Source: Catajapyx aquilonaris
Taxonomy: Eukaryota
Direction of reading: 5' to 3'
Assembly: GCA_000934665.2 (NCBI GenBank)
Contig: JYFJ02002225.1
Span: 1-60,807, forward strand
DNA length: 60,807 nucleotides
Within the stretch, counting starts at the first letter, position 1, and every line of letters begins with the position of its first letter. Positions 24,401 through 40,600 of this stretch are shown here, one piece after another. The translations under genes and the position numbers were made by a program. Under the pieces are notes generated by a model. That model had not been told where the DNA came from. It ran no database searches and saw only the letters and a list, made by a program, of their open reading frames with translations.

Positions 24401-27400
24401 CGAGATGCGCATCAACAAGGGTTAATTCATACTTGGAAGGATCACAAAACACGGAGATGTGTACCGAGGTCTAAAGACCTTATTTGTCTGAATCCAAATA
24501 TTTGAACATCAACAAACTCGGAGCTCTACAGACGTCGAGTCCCATTTAATTAAACCGCACCTGTACTTTGACATAATTATACAGTAACGCCACATCTTAT
24601 TATACCATTTACATCGGTAGCGGAATTTCGTCTTTAAAAGCTTTATCAAAGACCGTATACATGACGTAATACGAACAACGTTTCTTCTCATACTTATACA
24701 ATATTCAAGCCCGCGTCCTCACCTTGAAGTGACTCCCATTAAGCCTGACAATCTCCAGCTGACACGAACTGTCAAACTTGAGCTTCAATTTGTAGTCGTT
24801 CTCCTCTTCCATCTTCCATTGCTTCCGATTCTGCGGCTCAGAAGCACTTTGAGTTCTAATAAACTTGAGCATAAATGTCCGACGATCCTCCCGGTGGCAC
24901 CTCCCGTCCACACAATGTCGCCACACAGTAAGGCCTGAAGAGTCCCTCACCAACAACTGTCTCGGCCAATTTGGAGAGAGGAACCGGTGACCGTGGACAC
25001 TGACCCAGAGCCTCACGCGGGAGATGATTACTCCTTTCCAGCAGCAGGGGATGATGATGATGATGATGATGATGGTGCCGGGATGCTGGCTCCAATTAAA
25101 TCCTTGGCACAAAACGGAACAGCCCTGTCTACCGGGCCATCCGCAGACGATGAGTGCGCAATCGACGCGGATTGAAAGTCTGTTTGGCAAGGAGTGGCAG
25201 AGCGGCAGGGTTGAATGTTGTTGGCTTTTCCAGATGCCCTCAAGTTCTGGCTTGGTGCCTTCTATACCATACCTTTCTCTTCGTCCTTGCCCAAGCGCGG
25301 CGGAGCGAGAGATGGAACGGGCCGGAAGGCGGCCATGGTGGTGGTGGTGGTGGTGGGTGGTTGACGGTGGGGTGGGGAGAGTGCTTGATGGTTGTTGCTG
25401 CCGACTCCAACACCACTGTCTTCTAGTTCTATACGTGGTCCCCCCTCTTGGTCGGAGGTCCTCAACTGGAACAGATGAGGTCGTGACATTGCCACTTAAT
25501 GGCTCAGGAGGGTGGGGGTCATCAACATTTAACCATCGCTAGTTTTTGGACTTTTCTAGGCCGATTCTTGGGATGTGGCTGAGTTGGGGTGCTTCCTAGA
25601 AGAATAAAAAATATAATACTAAAAATATGATGCCCTTGAGTGACTCAAACATGCATGCTATACTGCCTTTGTGTAGAGTGTCAGTGAAGCGGACGCTTCT
25701 TGTCACGAATTCGCGACGGAGCCTACTGTACCAGACCAAAAAAATATAATATAGGACACGAAAATTTAATCACGTCATATCTCATGTCAGATTCTATCAA
25801 ATACCTCCAAATCATGCTATACTGTACCTAGTAATGGCTGAAACCGTAGATATACGGTTCGGATCCTCAAGCAGAGCATAACCCTACAGTTTGACATTTT
25901 ACTGTCAAAAAGTATTATTATTGCTTGTACCTAACAGGAAATTTCCGAAGCATTATTATAACATTACATCTGTGCGAGCAGTTCGGAGGATGGGCCACCA
26001 CTGATATAATATGCACAGTTATTATTGGATTATTTTATTATCACATCATGCATATTATTCACGGTGTACAGTAAGCACAAGTCAGCTAAACTTAATTTAA
26101 CAGTGACTTGTTAAATGAAATAGATAACTCGTACTCGATAGGATCAGGCACACTACGTCAGTACGGTGGTGCCTCGTACTTCGAACTTAATTCGTTCCAA
26201 AAGGTCGTTAAAGTCTGAATTGTTCGAAGCCCGAATCGATTTTTCCCAATGCCCTAAAATAAATTAAAACACGAAAACAATAAAATACGTAAATATTGTA
26301 ATTTTATAATAAAACGAATATTGCAATAAATTATTGTAGCCTACTGTGCAATGGAGGAGTGGTGAACTGGTGATGTCACTTGTGGCTGGTGGAGAGGAAG
26401 TGAAAAATTATTACTGTTTGGAACGAGTCACATATTCCATTGTGTACAATCAAACGCACCCCAAAAATAAAGCGATGAAAGCACTGACAATATGCCAACG
26501 TAATAACGCAAGAGCGAGAGAAAACTTGGGCGCAAAATAGATGGCATATGGCATTTACGCAGCGACCGCATTTTTTCGTTGCTCGTGAAGTTCGAACTTA
26601 GAAGCATTGTTCGAACTCCGGATCCTTTATCTCGAATTTAGCTTTCGAACTCTAAAATGTTAGAGGTTAGTGACGGCGCGGCGTTCGAAGTACGAGGTTC
26701 CACTGTGCTTCCTTTTCCATTGGACGATGTTGGTTGCAGGACTTCAAGGATACACGACTGCCCTGATAAGAATAATATTTCCGCCGATAGGCCTACGTTG
26801 TTAGTTTTTACTAGAAGTTGCCCTCATTATGAACAAAATAAATGTGAAATGACTATCAGAGATGATAAAAAAACAAATGTCACGTGCAGGAGAAATAAAC
26901 CCGAGTGACATGGCCTTTAAAGCGGTACCGGCGGGTTTCTCATCTAAGGGGACACTAGGAAAGAAAACAATAAATCTAGACTTCTAGAGCCGCGTCTAGA
27001 TAGAGCATCTCTTCATTCCCGTCAGGCATGGCCAGACCTAAGGGCCAGACAGGCTATCATCATGGCAAAAAGTAACAAAGAGTTACCGGTATTGTATTGT
27101 AGTTTTGGTGCCTATTGTTTTGAATTCAGCACCATTCAGTGTAACGAACAATCTCACTTTCTTCTTGTATACTGCATGTAGGCAACAAGCTACATGTAAC
27201 TCAAGTATTTTGACGTCTATTGTCTACTCCGTTTGGCTGCTTTGCAGTCACTCACGGATTGCCAATGGACATGTGCGGTGGACATAGAGACCAGAGACTA
27301 AGAGAGGGACAGTGTGAGTCCGCAAAACTATTCCTAACTGTTTGGAAGCAAATGGACAGGGCCATTACATATTTTCAAATTTTCTCTCCTAAAATATTGG

Positions 27401-27735
27401 CGACAATTTTGAGCTCTAGGTGCAGAATGACCAAAGCCGGAACAATGAAACCTCCCTCCACAAGGCAGTATCGGTGTGAGGCTACAGAATCTTCATGACC
27501 AAGAAGATATTTTAAATATCTGTAAATTGTAAACGCACAACTTTAAACGTTATTATGTGACAACCACTCTCACTAATAATTCTAATTGTCACAAAGTGAA
27601 TAGTGTGAAATGGCTTCTCTCCACCCGGCATACCAGAGAGAAGCCGTTTATCGGAGAGAAGCCGTTCCTCCTTCTTCCTCCCTCTTTCTCCCCCACCACG
27701 TGTCCAGTCGTCCCCGTCATCAATCCGCCGGCCAT
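18478..27735 (-). CDS. Phlpp: PHLPP-like protein (LRRs + PP2C-like domain + C-terminal PDZ ligand; no PH domain seen)
   Basis: Confident exons (minus strand): 24872-24723, 24211-24058, 22608-22548, 22446-22261, 21730-21539, 21063-20901, 20830 to about 20698, 20623-20468, 20371-20180, 20120-19800, 19679-19237, 19154-18478. LRRs (LRVLNVSKNQLSTLP, LEELVLSGNELETLP, ILDLSHNYL); PP2C-like WSVGFSE, FGMFDGG, ILVASKSLWEHVS, AAKRLQDVAQGYGCRQNISVLVV; C-terminus TTEL*. The 5' end is uncertain: ATG 24872, or exon 27735-27634 spliced to 25595 or 25538. Confidence 0.85.
26164..26705. mobile_element. pogo/Tigger-like non-autonomous element
   Basis: Termini (TA)CGGTGGTGCCTCGTACTTCGAAC ... GTTCGAAGTACGAGGTTCCACTG; repeated internal GTTCGAA motifs. 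Confidence 0.7.
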
Positions 27736-27954
27736 TCTCAAACATCCCGAAGTGCAATCTGCCGTGCAATCATCCGACAAGGTAAGCCCCACGTGCCCAG
27801 CCTCTGCCCCTTGTCCCACGCAACAAACCCGACTCATTGCATTTGCCGTTGATACTATCGACTCTTCTTGCAGGGGAGAGGGGACTCGCCCACAGTCACA
27901 AAGAGAGGAGCAAACAAGAGGTGTTGGCGAAGGTTGGAGGGCAGAGAAAGAGAG

Positions 27955-32918
<4,964 letters not shown>

Positions 32919-34065
32919 CAGACTTTTGGAGTTGTTTTCTTTAGGGTCTGAAATGAATGAATAAAATTGTGTGAAATGCTGATGTTATTTAGTGTGTACT
33001 GCCCCATTGTGCATGACAGGTTCCTCATCAGAGAGATATCAGGCATTGTACATGCTGTACACCTGATGCCATTTCTCGCATTTCATCAAATTGATCGTAG
33101 GATATTAATTTCCGCTGCGCATGTGAAGCGAGTGCCAGCGGAGTGTTTCGCAACTCTAATTTTGGCGCCACGATTGCATCCTCCGCGCGGGAAAATTGCG
33201 CACTCTGATCGGTATCTCCGTAATGCATGTCTTGCCCCCTCCCACGCACCGGAAGCGGCGCCGGTTCCTAGAACCGAGGGCTTATGACGACGCGCACCTA
33301 TCCCCCGCGGGCTGTTTAGTGTTGCCATAAAAGGGGGTATTCTAATTGCGCCCCCCAACAATGCGGGTTATGCAACCAGGTGAGGATTCCCAAACAGAGA
33401 TGGCGCGCGATGACTGGGCTTCTGTATCCCCCAAATTGGAGCGGGTTTGATTTCTTGCTGTGACCTTTCTGTACCAAGAGTCGTTTCAGTATTGCATTGT
33501 AACGTTATTGCTCCTCTTTATTTGCATTTGAATTGTTGGAACGTGCTTTCGCGGCTGGTCGTTTGTATGACGACAGTTCAGTACTTTTGCTCCTGTTTTT
33601 TCACAATGCGTTTCCCCTCCCAATCGCATTTAGCCACTGATGTTTGTTTACTAGTAATCGTGCTAGTGACCTAGTAACAGATAAAAAAATTATCACTCCT
33701 AACTGTTGAATATCGTTATCTTGTTTGTCCGCCTCCCCCCCCCCCTTTTTTTTTTGAATTCAATCTCAACCGATTCCAATATCGCCATGTTGTGTCCCAT
33801 TCAGCTACATTTTTCAAAAGCCAATCAGATTTGTCTCGACTTGGGATTCAACCAATGAGAGTCAAGAGTGCTCCAACATGGCGGAAATCATGCTCTTCCA
33901 CATCTCGATTCTTCTTTCCGAGCGATATTCACATATCAATTATGAAACTCACTGGCATTCCCATGTTGCGGCAATGACACCATGTTTCGAGGCTCATGCG
34001 GAGTTTGTTACTTGCGCAATTTCTTGCTAATTTGCAAATTGTTGCCTTTGACAGGTCCACCTTAC

Positions 34066-34089
34066 TGTCGATATATCGATATATCGATG
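34066..34089. promoter_or_regulatory. Tandem DRE-like elements upstream of Phactr
   Basis: TGTCGATA-TATCGATA-TATCGATG with a perfect DRE at 34074-34081; nearby CCAAT box (AGCCAATCAG about 33819) and YY1-like AACATGGCGG (about 33875). Confidence 0.45.
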
Positions 34090-34662
34090 CTCAGTGGCCC
34101 CAATATGGTCGTAGGCACAGTGAAGCCAACCGCTGTTTCCATCTCTTCCTCCCCCTCCCATCATCATCATTCCCCATTCCCGTCTCACCTCCTCCCTCCC
34201 CCATGATAGTTCCATCGGCCCTCACTCTGGTCACTGGCTGGTTCACTCCACCCGTTTTGCACTAGTTGAAGGACATTTTGTGCGGTGGCAGGCGGGCAGG
34301 CAGGCAGAAGGGCGGCCGGGGGAGAACTCCGAGGGACAGCGAGAGAGAGGGCTAGTGCAGCAGCAAGTGAGGAGAGAAGGAGTAGGGCGTGCGAGGTGGG
34401 GGCCAAGGGAGTGTTCAGTGGGGGCAGGCGCACCTCTTCGGCCAGCCCAGATTATATTCCCACCCCCATCGCATTCCCACCATTCTTTTCTACCTGTTAG
34501 TGAGTGAGTGAGTGGCGCTAGGGAACCCCCTCCCTCCCTACCCTCCCGTCATTGCCCGCCTCACACACATAGACACCCACACTATTTTTGTACCTACCCT
34601 ACACACACCAAATGACAATGATGGAGACGTGAGAGAGGAAGGGAGGTGAGGGGAAGGAGAGA

Positions 34663-37600
34663 ATGGCTGACAAGTCAGACCAGCAGTTGGGACCACCTTC
34701 TGCTGGAGGAGGACTGGCAGCATCGGCAACTGCAGTGTCCATGCAGGCCGGACACCCCTGCAGGCAGAGGAGCAACTCGGATCCTGCGGCACCCAACGCA
34801 GGGCTCTCGCAGGGCTGTGGTGCCGTCAACTGCATGCCCAAAGACTCGCGCAGTGAGGAGTCACTGGACTTTGGAGGAGCCGGAGGTGAATATCAGTGGC
34901 CTCAGAGCAGGCGGGTGTGTTCCAAGCACAAGTGTGGGGCACCGAGGTGAAAGCTTGCTGTGTAACTAGGCTTGGTTATACAAGGCAACATAACATCTAC
35001 ATGTTACCATAGCAATGACACTTGCTCAGTTGATGCCAGGCATCACAAGTTGCAATTATGAAGCCATGGCCAAACCTCGTTAGAGTTGAGAGTATTCAAA
35101 GTTACGTCCCATTTCCTAAATGGCAGTTGCAGCATGTAGTGCAAAGGTTTGAAAGTATGTGCTAGTAACATGACCAGTCTTGTCTTGATTTTGGTTTGGT
35201 TGGTAGAACTGGAAACTGTAGACATGCAGTTTGAGAATTATTATTGAGTCATGTGTTTAACTTGTGATTCAGTAACCCTGATTTGCCACACAATCACACT
35301 TACACAGTAGGCGTACTAGATATTGCACAGGGTTGAATATCTGGTGGAGGAAAATGAGGAGAATTATTATAGGTTTTGTCTCCGCTGGTTCATCTTGAAC
35401 TCGAGATCTCAGTCAGCATGAGGTTTCTGGGGCAACTGCATCGAAAGGTGGCTGCTGACCGTATTGACTTCGCCTGCTAAGGTGAATAATGCAGTGTGTT
35501 TGAATTCACCTGTCAGAATGACCATCTAAATGGGCTGCATTTCCATAATTAACACCACGTAATAAGCTGTTGGTGCTGTATAGGCTTGTTTGATTCCTTA
35601 CCCCAATGGCGTAACAGGTTTTTCTCGAAACAAAGTGGTGAAGTCAGCCAAGAATCTGTAATCTACTGAGTTATATTTCTACCATTCAGGAACTGGCCAC
35701 GAATGCATTTTGTTGGGCTTCATGGAACCCTGAAGTGATGCCAATTTTGTTGAAATTGCAATAGTCCAAACTAAATGCCAGGTACATTCAGGGTAGTGTT
35801 GCAGTAAGAGTCACGGGTGTGACAGGTTTCACCGAGACCACACTGGGTGACGAAGTCTCTGGTTAGAATATACTCCTGTAGGCTACTTATGCCTTGGGAC
35901 AGAGCGATTGTAATCTCAAGTGTCATGTTTTGGCCATTCACATTGCAGCAGGTTAGCATGAGTCATTTAGATGTGTTGCATATCATGTGGGTACATAGTG
36001 CCATAAACTTGAAAGTTATGCAAATGAAATGTAAAATCCCCTCAGAAACCACAAGCCTGTTATGGGGTGGTCTATTATTAATTGAAAACTTTTAAATTGC
36101 AACAGAACACTTCTTATATTCTAGTTTCCAACTTGAAAAGTACCACATTAAGAGCCGATAGTATTTAATATATTTAAAGTGTGGCATCCTATGCAAATCT
36201 AGCACTGTCCAGTTCCATTTTCTTGAGGGCTGAGGACGCTACTGACCTTCACAATATAGATATTTGAACAATCCCAATAGATATGGCAGTGCAGATGTGG
36301 AACAAGGCATTGATTCCTCCTGAGGGCTTTCATTGAAATCTAACCTGCTTCTGTATCAGAAGGTATACTGTGAGCTCATAAAAATTGCATCTAGGACTGC
36401 ATATATCTATCTTGATTTGTACATGTGCTTATGGAATCTTTAAATTTTATATTATATTAAGTTAAGAGTTTGGTTATATTAAGTTTATTTATACACATTA
36501 AGACGTTAACAAGAACAATTACCAATAAACTATAATAGTTACAACAATACAGTACTGTACAGGGTGTTTCAGAGTCACGGGTCAAGTGTGCGCGAAGGGG
36601 TGGGGAAAAATCGTAGGTTGCGACAACCCCTGTCGGTTTTATAAAACAATTAGCTGCAGCTTCAGGATACGCCAATGTGTTCTCCACCATATTCCACCAA
36701 TGTTAATATACAATGCAGGATATACAGTATGTCATAAAAACTTGGTTTCATTTTCCATGACACAATATTAGGAACAACCTCAACTAAAAATATATATTAT
36801 TGTACATGCTGACTCATTTCCTGGATGGTAATCTTTTTCATATAACCCTGATTGAAGTTGGTATTTTTTTCCTAGGTTGATTAGTGGAGCATAAGTGCAA
36901 TGTACAGAGCTGACACTCCACCATTCTTTGGGAACAGGAAACCACTGTGATTCACCAGCACATGTAAAAGGAGGGTATTAAGGCACGCTCACAAATACAC
37001 TATTTGGCACCAGAAGCAAGTGATTTCCTGACAGGGTGCTCTAAGTATCCATAACTACAATTTGTGAAGGAATGTTCAGCTTCGTTATACTACTGGTGCC
37101 ATAAAAGTAATGCTGGAAGTGCAATAAGTCTTATGGCACTGTTGGATGGAGTGAAAATCTGCTGGACACATCTATGGAAAAATTTAAAGGGCCCAATCAA
37201 GCCAAGGCCCTGCTTGATGGCCACAAGCGTAACCATTGCACTGCTATGTTTCCCGACCATATTTTACTTTTGACAATTTATAACATAGCATATAGTATAA
37301 TGTTTTGTGCTTTTCTGGAAAATTGGATGCTTTGGTACTTTGGGTTTACATTATTATTTTCATACCATTTTTCTGAGCAGAGAAGAAGAACGGGACTGTG
37401 ATGAGACCTGGAAGCCTTACTACTGGATCACGCACACCTCCCTTAGAGAGAAAGAGCAAATTCTCAGCATTGGGACGCCTCTTCAAGCCCTGGAAATGGA
37501 AGAGAAAAAAGAAGTCGGACAAATTTGAAGCCACTTCCAGGTGTATGTAAACTTTCTTCATGTCCGATATTAATTTTTTTGTTAAAGCACTGCATGGATT

Positions 37601-40600
37601 CATTGTTTGATTTTACAGCCCTGGAGCGTAAGATTTCCCTAAGAGCCAACAGGGATGAGCTGGTCCTAAAGGGAATTCTCTTGCCCGATAGTCCTACTTC
37701 ACCTATCGCTGAAGGTAAGGAGCTGTTTGGATATTGATTTGAGCCATTTGAAATGGGTTGGGGTGTCACTGTTGCAACTGTAAACATGAGCAAAGTTATT
37801 AAAAGTTTTGCCAAGTCAATTTCCACATGAATATTCTCTTTATGTTTCTTCCTTTCAAACATGGCCAAATGTTGCAATAATTTGAGTAGCAAACCAGCCA
37901 TTGTTATAATCATGCCCGTTTTTGGCATATTTAGTGTAACTGTGTTACATTGTCAGCTCAGCAACAATTGATCTCCCATTATTTACAGAGCCAAAGAAGG
38001 AGAAGGATCAAGCAAATGGCTGCATTTCTTCCCCAATGGGAGATGCACCTGCATTCAGGCCAGCCTTCCTGCAGCACCTGCAGGCCCACCTCCAGTCTCA
38101 TCTTCAAGCTCAGCAGCAGCAAATGCAGCTGCAGCAGCAAGCCCCTCCCCTTCTCCCACATCCCCCACCTCCTCCTCCACCGCCCTGCCTAGTGTCACCC
38201 ACTGAGCAGCAGCCTCATTCACCACTCTGCAGGGTGGTCACTATTAGCGGAGTCACTATCACCGAGTGTCATGAGCAATGCCCGTTACACTCAGGGGAAT
38301 CAGGTGAGGAGAAGTTTTGAGACTTTTGGTGCTTCAGCAATATGACAAGGGATCTTTACAGGCAGCTTTGATGGGTGTAGCCAGCTTTTAGCCCTTCCAG
38401 TTTTGAAGGTTGCTGTCAAGAATTTTTAAATCGAGGATTCAAATTGTAGTGCTCTATTGGAATTGTGAATGGGGTTTACAATATTCTGTTTTGTAGTTGT
38501 GTCTTACTATGTCTCTTTGTCGATTTCCTTCAGGATTGCTGGGATAATTTCACGCTCTTAATTAGATTCTTGCAGTTAGGTGGCAGGCAGGAAATGTATA
38601 ACTAGACTGTGAGCTACAAATTAGCAATTAAGATTGAACATATCTGCCTGAATCATATCAGGTGCAGGTGACTTAAGTGATTAGGATGACCACCTAATTG
38701 CAAGTTGCATGCAAGGCATGAAAAGGCTACTGGTGTTACAGCCTGCAACAAAATTCTGACTGAAACTCCTCATTCCCCAACTCTCTGACAACCCTGTACC
38801 TGCCTGCCTACTAGCCTACTCGCTGAGAGGCCGCACGCACCTCCAGCATCAGCGCCGACTGATATTCCAACAACCGCCCCAACAACAACAGCAGCAGCAA
38901 CTGTACCACTATCACCACCACCATCACCACCACCTCCATCACCACATGTTCCCTCAACCATATGCTCAACTGAACCATCTCCAGTCAGATTCTGAGTCAG
39001 AGGGAGTGGTGGAGAGCGATTCCCCCCCTACTCCGCCACCACCTCCAACCTCCATGCCTCCTCCCGACTCCCCTCCTTCCCCACCTGCCCCGCCGCCCCC
39101 TCCTCCCCCTACTTCCGTACCTCCTCCTCTCCCTACTTGGCCCAGGGGTGGGTTGCCCCCAGGTCAGGGAAACACCAATGCCCAGAGGCCCACCAGCTTT
39201 CCTTCTGCTCTTGTTGGTTTCCGTGGTGAGTTCGCAGGGGAACCATTGAGTAGCTCACAAGCCAGGAGAGTCATATGTAGCAATCACTGCAATTCTAAAT
39301 ATGACTATTCTCAAAGCACCTTCTGATATCACCTGTATATATTGTTGGCATGTGTGATGCACTCTTGCTTGTGAGCTACTGAGGTGCTGTTATGAGAGTC
39401 CCATTGTTTTAGTAGCCATGTTTTAAGTGTTGCCTTTGTAACAGTTCTGTTTTTCATTATTTGCTGTTATTTTGTTTCTTTTTCGTTCCTTTAGTGGCAT
39501 GTGGAGGTGTGCAGCATAGGTTGCATCTGCTGTGGAATAGAAAGTGCAAAGGTATTGGATCACTTTTGTGTTGACCTGAATATTCTGATAAGGACAAATA
39601 TTTTGCCAGTGGGGGTGCATAATGTATGCCAGAAGTCAAGATGTTCTCAAACATCAGTATGGGAATAAGCATGTCAAAATTAGAGAAAGTGTGTTATGAA
39701 ATCCAATTTTCAATTTACTTTTCATTCATCCTATTTATTCAGAAAATATTGCAGTTACTGGGAGTAGCTTTTTCTCCAATAATATAATTCACACAATCTT
39801 ATAATATGTTTTACATTTGTCTTGTTATGCTGTTGAAGTTGAATTCCAGTATGATTAGTGTGCTTTCATTACCTGCAACAAATTTTTTAGTTGCTTGCTA
39901 ATATTTAATATAGCTTTATGTACAGCATATTTATCATTCAAGTTTGCTTTTGGGACGTTTATGGAAGCTGATTAATTTTTTGATGGTCATTGTGCATTTA
40001 TAATCACAATTATTGTGCAGTGCTAATGAAAGTGGCAGTGAAAAATAATGGAATGGGTGTCCTGGTGAACACTGATGCTGGTGTTGCTTCTCATTGCTTT
40101 TTAAAATTGCAAGATAACTGCTATTAATGTTGTAACATGTAATATAAAATGCAACTGGCAATAATTGTATCATCATTAAGGATCTCGATCAAGATCGTTT
40201 GTTTCTCCATCTGCCAAAATATTTAGTGAAAGTTGTTCGTAAAAATGCTGGACACTAGAGTGAATCTCAGTTTTGTTTTACAGAGTCAGGTTTTGCACAA
40301 ATCTGCATTTCGAATTTTAAATTTTGCTACTTTTTCCACTTTAAATTATGACAAAAGGCACAAGGAATGTTACATTTATTTTATTTGAATTTATATAAAT
40401 ATTTTTTTTCAAGCAATGGTAGATTGTGACTGAATTTAGCCGATAGAGGAAAAAATATCCTGGAAGAGATTCTTAACTTTAAAACTACCCTGACAAAATT
40501 ATGTTTAAATACCTACAGTTAGCATGCATTTGACAGAAAAATTTAATGCACTTGGACAATGGGGTCCTAGCCTACATTTCCCAAACTCATGTAAATAATC

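Noticed and set aside
25024..25542. Plus-strand ORF with poly-Met and poly-Trp
   Set aside because: Produced by (GAT)n and (GGT)n microsatellites read antisense to the PHLPP region.
36876..37000. Acceptor-like TTTTTTTCCTAG in Phactr intron 1
   Set aside because: Gives an immediate stop in the required phase; no support as a coding exon.
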